64,000 nucleotides of DNA from an uncultured Candidatus Saccharibacteria bacterium (GTDB lineage: Bacteria > Patescibacteriota > Minisyncoccia > Phycocordibacterales > DATDWN01). The position numbers and the translations under genes are program-made. The DNA is taken from positions 6,582 to 70,581 of the forward strand of contig CAYRRP010000002.1 in NCBI GenBank assembly GCA_964426735.1, written 5' to 3'. Below the pieces are notes generated by a model. That model searched no databases. It had not been told where the DNA came from and was given only the letters and a program-made list of their open reading frames with translations. Of this stretch, positions 19,056 to 27,394 are shown piece after piece (position 1 is the first letter of the stretch; every line of letters starts with the position of its first letter).

Positions 19056-19964
19056 GTGAAAAAGCGTCACCACACCGTGCCGAGATGTTACCTAGAAAAC
19101 TTCACTGACCATGATGGTTTTGTTTGGGTTTTGGATACAAAAGACAATATATTCCGTATTAAGCCTGAAAATATTCTCCTTGAAAATCACTTCTACACTA
19201 TCACACTCAAGGACGGTGAAAAGAGCTTCGTAGTTGAAGATACTCTGGCCAATATTGAAGGAGCGTACATTGCAATCTTTCAGAATAAAATTGAAAAAGA
19301 GCTTCCTCTTACTGATGAAGAAAGAGCAAGAGTTGCTGTTTTTATAGCTGCGCTTTATATAAGAACTTCACCGTATAGAGAGGGTCTTCGCAGTGCGTTT
19401 GGAACGCTCAGAAGGGGTATGGAAGATTGGAAAAAGCAGTTTGAGACAATGAGTAAAGAATCGAAAAGGGCTATGGCTGCTATCCAATCTTCCGGCAAAG
19501 ATGAATTAATCAGTATTGATGATTTGGATAAGTACTTAGAGAATTTTAATGAACATCATTCTGTAAACGTGATTGAACAGTTGCCTGAGATTGCCCAAAT
19601 CATATTTGATATGAAGTGGGCTATCTGGAGAGATATTAATAGTAATTTTGTTACAAGCGATGATCCTGTTGTGCTTTTGCGGCCAGAGTCAATTAAAAAA
19701 TATGGAGCAAATGCAATTGGTAGCAAACCAGGGCTTCTTTATAAAGATACTGAGTTAACACTTCCTCTATCGAAAGATAGATTGCTTTTAGCAGGATGGA
19801 TACTGAACAAAAATTCTTATATAGATGTTCCTGATGATATTGTCCGGAGGATAAACCACAGAACGATAACAGGATCTTCAGATAGAATTATTACTAAATC
19901 TCAAAAGGATGCTGAAACAATAAGAGATAAATATACCGAAACTGTAAATAAGACAGAAAAATGA
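19056..19964 (+). CDS. DUF4238-like protein
   Basis: The N-terminus MKKRHHTVPRCYLENFTD matches, from memory, the HHxVPxxYLxxF start of the DUF4238 family. Confidence 0.45.
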   Translation: MKKRHHTVPRCYLENFTDHDGFVWVLDTKDNIFRIKPENILLENHFYTITLKDGEKSFVVEDTLANIEGAYIAIFQNKIEKELPLTDEERARVAVFIAALYIRTSPYREGLRSAFGTLRRGMEDWKKQFETMSKESKRAMAAIQSSGKDELISIDDLDKYLENFNEHHSVNVIEQLPEIAQIIFDMKWAIWRDINSNFVTSDDPVVLLRPESIKKYGANAIGSKPGLLYKDTELTLPLSKDRLLLAGWILNKNSYIDVPDDIVRRINHRTITGSSDRIITKSQKDAETIRDKYTETVNKTEK

Positions 19965-20632
19965 ATGATGAATTTCTGCAAAAAAGAATAGCTGAAACAA
20001 AACACGAAATCTTTCCAATTGACAGGCTTTTATCATTGGAAAGCGTCTACCTCATATTCCAAGAAGAATACGTGAAGGTTGAAGATAAAAATCTTTTATT
20101 CAAAGATTCTAAATATCAGCGCTTGCGAGAAGGTTACTTTTCGATGTTTGTTGCCGTTTCTCTTCAAGATAACTCGGTTTCGAGGAAAAGGCACTATCTT
20201 ATTTTCCCCTCAGATCCTAGTAACGATGTCTATATTAGCTACAGATTGAATGAGGAGAAAGAGTCGATACCGAAGTTAATAGCCTACGAATTTGATATTA
20301 AAGAATATACGAACTGGTCGCTAAACTTTGAAGAATTCACCAAGAAAAGTATAATTCCAAAAATTGGTATCTATAATATCGCTATACCCATTTATAGAAA
20401 AATGGACGGACAGGATCTGCAGTTGTTGGTCGATTATTTGAAAGCAAACAAGCTCATAAGAAGAATATGGATACTCGGACTCCCATCAGATACCGTGAAA
20501 AATTATGATATTTCTGATGTAACTATTGTTGATAAAGACGGTATTATTTATCATAAGACGATAAACCTAAGTGAATGGATAGATAAAACCGAAGTGCCTA
20601 TAATTTTTCAAGATATCATTAGGTTTAAATAA
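19961..20632 (+). CDS. hypothetical protein, translationally coupled to preceding gene
   Basis: ATGA start/stop overlap. 223 aa with no recognised motif. Confidence 0.45.
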   Translation: MNDEFLQKRIAETKHEIFPIDRLLSLESVYLIFQEEYVKVEDKNLLFKDSKYQRLREGYFSMFVAVSLQDNSVSRKRHYLIFPSDPSNDVYISYRLNEEKESIPKLIAYEFDIKEYTNWSLNFEEFTKKSIIPKIGIYNIAIPIYRKMDGQDLQLLVDYLKANKLIRRIWILGLPSDTVKNYDISDVTIVDKDGIIYHKTINLSEWIDKTEVPIIFQDIIRFK

Positions 20633-20747
20633 ATTATTCAGACTGTAAAAAATAAGGATAAGGCTTTTTTGGATCGGTGGAGAAGTTGTAGTATAGAAAA
20701 ATAATACGCCAAAGAGTATAGTTCTCCACAGGTGATATCTTGTTTCG

Positions 20748-20771
20748 GTGAACGAATGTTCACTGTATAAT
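20748..20771 (+). promoter_or_regulatory. Cheo-box-like LexA operator candidate GTGAAC-gaat-GTTCAC overlapping a TGTATAAT -10 element
   Basis: GAAC-N4-GTTC at 20750-20761 and TATAAT at 20766-20771. Lies at the predicted start of the Y-family polymerase gene. Confidence 0.45.
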
Positions 20772-22010
20772 GTAGGTGTGTCAAAGAACAGAGTAATTTT
20801 TCATATGGATGGGGATGCTTTTTTTGTTGGATGTGAGGTGGCAAAAAATCCAAAACTAAAAGGTCTTCCTGTTGTCACCGGGCAGGAGCGCGGGATTGTT
20901 TCTGCGCTTTCATACGAAGCCAAAGCACTTGGCATAATCCGTGGTATGCCTATTTTTCGCGTAAAGAAAAATTTCCCAAACGTTTTAGTGTTGCCAGGTG
21001 ACTATGCGTCCTATGTCATGTATTCAGAAAAAATGTTTGATATTGTGCGCCGGTATGCAGACGATGTGGAGGAATACAGTATAGACGAATGTTTTGCAGA
21101 CCTGACAGGGCTCGACAGACCGCTCCATATGACATACACACAAATAGCCGAGAGAATTAAAAAAGAAGTAGTGGCAGAACTCGGACTTTCGGTTTCTGTC
21201 GGACTCGCTCCGACAAAAGTTTTAGCAAAAGTTGCATCGAAATGGAAAAAACCAGATGGACTTACGGTGATTGACTTAGGACATATAACACAGTTTCTGA
21301 CAGAGACACCGATAGGTAAAATCTGGGGTATAGGGCCACGCACCGCAGAGCGTTTACAGAGATTGGGGATAAAAACAGCGGGAGACTTTGCCGGCAAAGA
21401 TATGACGTGGGTCAAAAATAATTTATCTAAACCATATATAGAAATATGGATGGAGTTAAATGGGGTGTGCGTACACCACGTCGACCCAAACCCAAAAACA
21501 ACATATTCCTCGGTGCAGAAAACGAGAACTTTTTATCCGACAACAAACGACAAGGTTTTTCTCCTTTCGCAGATATCCAAACATACAGAGGAGGCTTGTC
21601 GTAAAGCGAGACACTACAACCTCGTTCCCAAAAAATTTTCTTTCTTTTTGAAAAGTCATGATTTTACATATTATTCACACACAGTAGTGTTAGAGGTACC
21701 TACACATGCACCAGAAACGTTGGTCAGTATCGCACGGTCTCACCTCGACAAAGCTTGGCGTCCAGGTGTGCAGTTTCGGACCACAGGCGTGACTCTTTCA
21801 GAACTCGAGCCCGAGGGTGTAAAACAAGGTGACTTGTTTGGTGCGATTGAAAAAGCAACAAAGTTTGAGATCATACACAAACAAATAGATAGTCTAGAAA
21901 AAAAGTTTGGTAAAGGTGTAGTGCATCTCGGCAGTACAGACAAAGCAATAAAAAACAGAACCCTCGGTACCGACTCGGACGATCTTTCTCGCGACTTGCT
22001 GTTTTTGTAA
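20748..22010 (+). CDS. umuC: Y-family DNA polymerase (UmuC/DinB-like); start codon uncertain (GTG 20748, GTG 20778 or later)
   Basis: VIFHMDGDAFFVGCEV is the h-h-D-x-D-x-F-F-a-x-x-E palm motif. A little finger domain follows. Confidence 0.8.
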   Translation: MNECSLYNVGVSKNRVIFHMDGDAFFVGCEVAKNPKLKGLPVVTGQERGIVSALSYEAKALGIIRGMPIFRVKKNFPNVLVLPGDYASYVMYSEKMFDIVRRYADDVEEYSIDECFADLTGLDRPLHMTYTQIAERIKKEVVAELGLSVSVGLAPTKVLAKVASKWKKPDGLTVIDLGHITQFLTETPIGKIWGIGPRTAERLQRLGIKTAGDFAGKDMTWVKNNLSKPYIEIWMELNGVCVHHVDPNPKTTYSSVQKTRTFYPTTNDKVFLLSQISKHTEEACRKARHYNLVPKKFSFFLKSHDFTYYSHTVVLEVPTHAPETLVSIARSHLDKAWRPGVQFRTTGVTLSELEPEGVKQGDLFGAIEKATKFEIIHKQIDSLEKKFGKGVVHLGSTDKAIKNRTLGTDSDDLSRDLLFL

Positions 22011-22044
22011 GAGAGTATCTGCACCAGGAAACTGGTCATCTGGC
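21987..22044. repeat. 58-bp direct repeat, copy 1 (last 8 codons of umuC-like gene plus 34 bp downstream)
   Basis: tctcgcgacttgctgtttttgtaagagagtatctgcaccaggaaactggtcatctggc. Copy 2 is at 23058-23115, with a single mismatch. Confidence 0.85.
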
Positions 22045-22093
22045 ACTGATTATTAGTGTCGCTGACTGTTGCTATTTTTAAATAAGGTTACCA

Positions 22094-22122
22094 TTGACAT
22101 AACGCTATCCGTATGCTAAGAT
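22094..22122 (+). promoter_or_regulatory. consensus promoter TTGACA-17-TAAGAT upstream of GC-rich gene, with SD aaggag 8 nt before ATG 22198
   Basis: Sequence read directly. Confidence 0.55.
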
Positions 22123-22197
22123 AGCGCAGGATTCATGAGCTATTTCTGGCTCAAAAAATGCATATTCCCAAACCCAAACGAAAGAAGGAGACAAGCT

Positions 22198-22932
22198 ATG
22201 GCAACCGATGGTCCTGATCCCGCACCCTGTAAGCCTGATATTCTCAAGAAAGGCAGGGGTGTCTGTGTCCTCGACGGTAGTTCCAACGCTGTAGAGCGTT
22301 GGGTACAGTCTGTCGCTAAGAAAGCTAACGCTCAAGTCGACTGGCATTACAGTGGTGGACGAGCGAACGTTCTGCATCTCGGTGACGACACAAGTCGTCA
22401 GCGCGTTCTGAACGCAATCAGTGAGCTCAGAGGTGAACTCAAAGGTCGGATTCTCAGCGTCGACGGTCCTGCCCTCTATAGTAACGATATCGAAGATCCC
22501 GAAGCAAGCGGCGCAGTCGTTCGTGAAGTCGACGGCCAACTGGTGCTCGATGATCCGATCGCCGTCGCGGTGATCAGGGTGGTGGAGAAACACAACTGCC
22601 GTAACACACTGGAACTGAACGCCGATCGCGTCAAGCACTTCAAGCGTCGGCTGACGGAGCGTGGCATGACTCCAGATCAAGCGGTGATCGTTCTCCTGAA
22701 CGTCGACGACGTTCACGGCGGTCCGCTCGCGAACGCTCTGATGCCCGGACACAACTGGCAGGAAATCCGTGACAAGGGAGAAGTCCCTTTCGCGCGAGGA
22801 CTCGCCATGCGAGACGGCATTCAGAAAGCGCTCGGTGCTTTCGACAAGGACGCCGCGACGAAGTTGCAGAGCATCAGCGACGTAGCTGTCGTGGTAGTTG
22901 ACCACGGTGTCGCCGAAGTATTCGCGGCCTAA
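22198..22932 (+). CDS. hypothetical protein encoded by a GC-rich (foreign-composition) insert
   Basis: 244 aa. Strong third-position G/C bias in this frame, and a good SD and promoter. The antisense ORF 22105-23043 is judged an artefact of GC richness. Confidence 0.55.
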   Translation: MATDGPDPAPCKPDILKKGRGVCVLDGSSNAVERWVQSVAKKANAQVDWHYSGGRANVLHLGDDTSRQRVLNAISELRGELKGRILSVDGPALYSNDIEDPEASGAVVREVDGQLVLDDPIAVAVIRVVEKHNCRNTLELNADRVKHFKRRLTERGMTPDQAVIVLLNVDDVHGGPLANALMPGHNWQEIRDKGEVPFARGLAMRDGIQKALGAFDKDAATKLQSISDVAVVVVDHGVAEVFAA

Positions 22933-23057
22933 CCGCAAAACTTCGCAATGGCACAATGGGCGCACGACCTTCGGGTACGTGCGCCTTTTCTTATACCACA
23001 TCCAATGAACGAAGCCACAGAGTTTAGAGTAACCATCAGACACGGAGAGGAAGCGTC

Positions 23058-23115
23058 TCTCGCGACTTACTGTTTTTGTAAGAGAGTATCTGCACCAGGA
23101 AACTGGTCATCTGGC
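23058..23115. repeat. 58-bp direct repeat, copy 2
   Basis: Identical to 21987-22044 except one base (g/a). Confidence 0.85.
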
Positions 23116-23189
23116 GGGGTATTGTGTTTAATATGAAAAAACTCCTGTATGGAGTGGGAGTTTTTTCATGAGAGAAAATAGTGAGGTGT

Positions 23190-23804
23190 TTACTTGATTG
23201 TTGGCGGTTGTATGCCAGCATCATCGAGGAGTTTTTTTGCTTCATCCATCTTGCCTTGTTTGATCAGTGTACGAGCTTGTTTCATTACCTCTTTTTGCGC
23301 ATCAGTGAGATTTGCAAAACGTGGGTGAGCTCCTTCTACAAAGAGACCTTTGTATTCTGGAATTTTAATACCCGCATCGGTCAGCAACTTCTTTGCTTCC
23401 TCAGGTTTTCCAGCATCAGTGAGAGCTTTTGCTTGCTTTAGTGTTTCTTTTTGTGCATCAGTGAGGTTCTGGAAAAAACCTTTCATATGTTCATGGTCTG
23501 GTTTTTTTAAACCAAGCTCAGTCATGATTTTTTCTGCACCTGCCTTATCACCATTTTTACGAAGTGTATGAGCTTCGACGAGTTTGTTGAATATAGCCTC
23601 AGTAATTTCGATATCGTCAAATCGTGGATGGGTCGAAGTGAGTGTTTTAAATGTTGCATAATCACCTGAGTCGAGAGCGCTTTCAAATGCTTCTCTGTTT
23701 GGTCGATTTTTATTTGTGGTTGGATTACTTGCAGCGCTTACCAAAAAAGGGAGTGATGCTGCGCCAACAAAAACCAGTGTCATAAGAGCTTTTCTTTTTT
23801 TCAT
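23190..23804 (-). CDS. secreted protein with tandem about 40-aa helical repeats
   Basis: Signal peptide MKKRKALMTLVFVGAASLPFLVSAAS. Repeated NLTDAQKE(T/V)(L/M)KQA(K/R)(A/T)L...GK..EAKKLL(T/D)DAGI units. Confidence 0.5.
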   Translation of the reverse strand: MKKRKALMTLVFVGAASLPFLVSAASNPTTNKNRPNREAFESALDSGDYATFKTLTSTHPRFDDIEITEAIFNKLVEAHTLRKNGDKAGAEKIMTELGLKKPDHEHMKGFFQNLTDAQKETLKQAKALTDAGKPEEAKKLLTDAGIKIPEYKGLFVEGAHPRFANLTDAQKEVMKQARTLIKQGKMDEAKKLLDDAGIQPPTIK

Positions 23805-24001
23805 GGTAGTTATAACTTTCATATGTGGCAAATTTATTTGTCGAGCCGCAGTAAAATAGAGTAAACTATATTTTCTTTGCTCTTCGCTGACTTTGCTCAA
23901 ATCTGAAAGTTCTCATTAATAAGTAAGTAATATGTTTGTTGGATGATCACTTCCAACATATACTCATACGTCTATGAAAAAAATTTCTTTCACGATATTT
24001 G

Positions 24002-24781
24002 TTATTGCGCCATCAGTATGAGTTTGTCACAAGGGTTTGGGTCTGTACTAGTGCTGAGAAGCATCATTTTTGGTCGAGGGTGTACTGGTGGTACGCCTGG
24101 TCGAAGTGAAAGATTCCATGGCAGTATGATGCATACAAGGAAGTTTTCATCGTCGATTTGTTTTCCTATAAATCGAGACATTCGATCATGTGTGATTGTT
24201 GTTGTAGGAATAAGTGAAGTATTAAGAACCCATTGTTTATTATTTAAGTCAGTGAGCATAGTAACATCATGTTCAATAGTAACTAGTCCAGCAAGATGTC
24301 CTCTCTCAGGATGTGACCAGATTTCTTTGTGCTGACGTTCGACAGGATATCGTATGACCGGATTTTTATATCCATACATATCTATAACATAGAGTAGTGT
24401 GCCAAAACTAATACTGATAAGAAGGCTTGCACCGAGAACTTTTTTTGAATCAAAACGATATCCTTTTGGAGTGAGACGAAGTGTGTGGACGATTACTCCT
24501 GTGAATAAGAGAAATGATCCAATCCAAATAAGAGGCATTGTTTGAAGTAAAAATTGAAGTTTATTTGGTGCGATAAAACGTTCATACTCGAATCCTGCAT
24601 GTTTAATTCCAAATAACATACCTGCCCATGCGCATGCTCCAACAAGTGTTACCAGTGTTCCAGGTATCCAGAGGAGGGTGTGCTGCAGTTTGAAACGCCA
24701 TTGAGGTAGAGGTGTTATATTCTCAGCTTCTATTTTTGAAAATATACTTTCTTTTAAATTGTTGTGTGTATTATTGGTCAT
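24002..24781 (-). CDS. membrane protein, putative anti-sigma factor partner of ECF sigma
   Basis: Overlaps the sigma gene by 11 nt. Has 3-4 TM helices. Confidence 0.4.
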   Translation of the reverse strand: MTNNTHNNLKESIFSKIEAENITPLPQWRFKLQHTLLWIPGTLVTLVGACAWAGMLFGIKHAGFEYERFIAPNKLQFLLQTMPLIWIGSFLLFTGVIVHTLRLTPKGYRFDSKKVLGASLLISISFGTLLYVIDMYGYKNPVIRYPVERQHKEIWSHPERGHLAGLVTIEHDVTMLTDLNNKQWVLNTSLIPTTTITHDRMSRFIGKQIDDENFLVCIILPWNLSLRPGVPPVHPRPKMMLLSTSTDPNPCDKLILMAQ

Positions 24782-25337
24782 GATGGTGAAGTAAATCTTT
24801 TAGAATCTTTTTTGCTCGGTTGAGATGAATTGCAACGGTTCCTGGTGGTATCTGTAGAATATCAGCGATTTCTTCATAACTTTTTTCTTCATAAAACCGG
24901 AGTTCTATAATATCCTGATATTTTTTATCGAGAGTCTCCAAAGCTTTCTTGAGTAGCACCTTTTGCTCTTCATGGAGTGCAACAGAAGATGTATCATCAG
25001 TTGCAGTCAATGAATGAAAAATCGTTTCATCTGCATCGAATGATACAGATGGTTCGCGTTTTTTCTTACGATACCAGTCAATCATTTCATTGTAAGCAAT
25101 ACGATATATCCACGAAGAAAACCGAAGGCTTGGATCGAAATCCTTCATGTTTTTATACACCTTGATAAAAATATTTTGAAGAAGATCGTCTTGGTCTGCG
25201 GTTGATGCATGTGATTTTCTCCCTATATATGCTCTGAGTTTAGGTTCGTATCGCTCAATAATATGAGCAAAAAACTCTCTGTCAGTGAGAGATTGTTTAA
25301 GTATTTCTTCGTCAGTGAGGTGTGAGGCAGAGTCCAT
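24771..25337 (-). CDS. RNA polymerase sigma-70 family, ECF subfamily
   Basis: A region 2 followed by a region 4 with IPPGTVAIHLNRAKKILK. Confidence 0.75.
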   Translation of the reverse strand: MDSASHLTDEEILKQSLTDREFFAHIIERYEPKLRAYIGRKSHASTADQDDLLQNIFIKVYKNMKDFDPSLRFSSWIYRIAYNEMIDWYRKKKREPSVSFDADETIFHSLTATDDTSSVALHEEQKVLLKKALETLDKKYQDIIELRFYEEKSYEEIADILQIPPGTVAIHLNRAKKILKDLLHHHDQ

Positions 25338-25427
25338 TCTCTCTAGTATATACGAAAAGTAACATGATTTTCTTTCAGAAGCAGTGTTTGTATATTTTCA
25401 AGAGTCTTCTGATATACTAGAGTCTAT

Positions 25428-26681
25428 ATGAATAAAAAACCTCATGTGGTGATTGTTGGAGCAGGATTTGGTGGTGTCTACACAGCTAAAGCACTGATTC
25501 CGTATGTAAAAAAAGGTGTACTCGATGTAACTATTATTAATAAAACAAATTATTTTTTATTTACCCCGTTGCTTCATGAGGTTGCAACAGGGGGACTCGG
25601 AGGACGTTCGGTGACTGAACCAATCAGGCATATTTTTGCAGGTACTGGAGTGGTATTTCATCAGGGTACAGTAGAAGCGTTATCTCCGAAGGAGCATACC
25701 CTTGTAGTAGATGGAAAAAGTATTTCATATGATTATGCAATAATTGCTACAGGTGCAGTCACCAATTTTTATGGAATTCCTGGTGCACAAGAACACTCTC
25801 TTGTACTCAAAAATCTTGCTGATGCAATAGAGATACGTGAACGTATTATCGATGCAGTTGAAGACGCGTCGTGTATTGAGTCTGCTCTCGAACGAAAGAA
25901 AAAACTTTCTTTTGTGGTGGTTGGTGGAGGAGCTACGGGAGTGGAGATGGTGGCTGAAATGGCAGAATTTATCAATACACTCTATGATCTGTATTTTAAA
26001 GACGTGAGTGCGATTCAGAAAAAAGATATTTCGCTTCATTTGGTAAATACAGGGCCAGACCTTTTGGCAATGCTTCATCCGAGTCTTCGAGTTAAAACAG
26101 CTTCACGGTTGACTGCGCTCGGAGTACAACTTCATATGAATATGTCAGTAACAGAAATTACTGCAGAAAAAGTGCTCTTTAAAGATGGGAGTTCGATTGA
26201 TACATCGTTTGTATTTTGGGCGGGAGGTGTCACACCGAGTGTGCCAAAGTTTAATTCATTTGAACCTACCGTGGTTGCAGGGAAACTTGCAACAAATACA
26301 TTTTTGCAATTGAACGGTGATCCTCATGTGTTTGTATTAGGAGATAGTGCGTTGGTAGAGACTGCAGATGGAAAGGGGTATCCAGCACTTGCACAAATTG
26401 CAGCGCGACAAGCTGAAGTTGTTGCATATAATGTTCTTGCATTACTTTCACACAAACCACTAAAAACATTTATGTATAACATACGAGGGACATTGGTATC
26501 TCTCGGTCAGTGGTATGCAGTTGGGGAGATGTTTGGATTGCGATTTTCAGGAAAATTGATGTGGTGGATCTGGCGTACAGTGTATCTGTTCAATTTCCAT
26601 TCATGGACAAAGCGGTTCAAGATTGCATTTGAGTGGACTGAAGCTCTTTTTTCTCCCCGAGATATCACAAAGTTGAGATAA
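25428..26681 (+). CDS. ndh: type II NADH dehydrogenase (NDH-2) / pyridine nucleotide-disulfide oxidoreductase
   Basis: VVIVGAGFGG and a second GGGATGVE dinucleotide fold. Confidence 0.75.
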   Translation: MNKKPHVVIVGAGFGGVYTAKALIPYVKKGVLDVTIINKTNYFLFTPLLHEVATGGLGGRSVTEPIRHIFAGTGVVFHQGTVEALSPKEHTLVVDGKSISYDYAIIATGAVTNFYGIPGAQEHSLVLKNLADAIEIRERIIDAVEDASCIESALERKKKLSFVVVGGGATGVEMVAEMAEFINTLYDLYFKDVSAIQKKDISLHLVNTGPDLLAMLHPSLRVKTASRLTALGVQLHMNMSVTEITAEKVLFKDGSSIDTSFVFWAGGVTPSVPKFNSFEPTVVAGKLATNTFLQLNGDPHVFVLGDSALVETADGKGYPALAQIAARQAEVVAYNVLALLSHKPLKTFMYNIRGTLVSLGQWYAVGEMFGLRFSGKLMWWIWRTVYLFNFHSWTKRFKIAFEWTEALFSPRDITKLR

Positions 26682-26707
26682 ATATTACACCACACTTTTA
26701 AAAAAAA

Positions 26708-26743
26708 GAAGGGCACCTTCCTCGCGAGGAAGGTGCCCTTCTG
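26708..26743. terminator. bidirectional terminator gaagggcaccttcctcg-cg-aggaaggtgcccttc flanked by A7 / T-rich
   Basis: 17-bp stem. Confidence 0.7.
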
Positions 26744-26767
26744 GTTTGGTGGGAATTTGGGTAAGTT

Positions 26768-26793
26768 AAAAGCCCCGGGGTTGCCGGGGCTTT
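26768..26793 (-). terminator. terminator for PEP-CTERM gene (aaagccccgg-ggttg-ccggggcttt)
   Basis: 10-bp stem with a T-run on the minus strand. Confidence 0.6.
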
Positions 26794-26815
26794 GTTGGGT
26801 TCGAAAGAACGGTTG

Positions 26816-27394
26816 TTACGTGCGGCGCCGGAGTGCTGCGATGCCGATGAGCCCTGCGCCCATGAGGACGAAGGACATCGGTTCGGGTACCTGGGATGTC
26901 ATGTTACCTGACCATGCAACGGTGGTGTCGGGGTTGTATCCACCAGCGTACTGAGCTGATATTGCCCCGGTGACAACTGTCGGGTCGAAACCATTCCCTG
27001 TAACTGTGCCGGTGAACGCGGCCGACAGAAAGTCAACCCCGCCTGGTAGACTCGTGAGTACCCAGACATTCGCCCCTTGCCAGGAGGTCACATCGACGGT
27101 GAATCCGTTGAAAGTGAGAAAGCCTGGCATCGGGATGTTGCCGAGGATGTTGGTTGCGGTTCCGCCGCTCCCGAGGGAGCTGCTGAAATCGCCGGTAGCC
27201 GGGGTTACGACAGTGAACGACGGGGTACCGATGAAGGTACCACTGTTCATGTTATTGATTTTGATGTTCGCCACCGGTGAGCCGAAGTTCACCGTGCCGT
27301 AGATTGGTGCGGCGGTTGCCGCCGGTGAGAAGAGGCCGAAGCCAATGACTGCGATCATGGCCAGGAGGCCATTTTTTAAAAAGTTTTTTACCAC
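26816..27394 (-). CDS. PEP-CTERM sorting-domain secreted protein
   Basis: Signal peptide. C-terminus VPEPMSFVLMGAGLIGIAALRRRT (PEP motif + TM + basic tail). GC-rich. Confidence 0.7.
   Translation of the reverse strand: MVKNFLKNGLLAMIAVIGFGLFSPAATAAPIYGTVNFGSPVANIKINNMNSGTFIGTPSFTVVTPATGDFSSSLGSGGTATNILGNIPMPGFLTFNGFTVDVTSWQGANVWVLTSLPGGVDFLSAAFTGTVTGNGFDPTVVTGAISAQYAGGYNPDTTVAWSGNMTSQVPEPMSFVLMGAGLIGIAALRRRT

Noticed and set aside
22105-23043. 312-aa minus-strand ORF covering the GC-rich insert
   Set aside because: It is antisense to the + strand gene. The + frame has G/C-dominated third positions, an SD and a consensus promoter. The minus frame gives a Cys/Trp/His/Arg-rich translation typical of the reverse strand of GC-rich coding DNA.
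24002-24100. Odd Pro-rich C-terminus of the putative anti-sigma membrane protein (LRPGVPPVHPRPKMMLLSTSTDPNPCDKLILMAQ)
   Set aside because: It may indicate a frameshift or simply a disordered tail. It cannot be resolved without homologs, so nothing is claimed.
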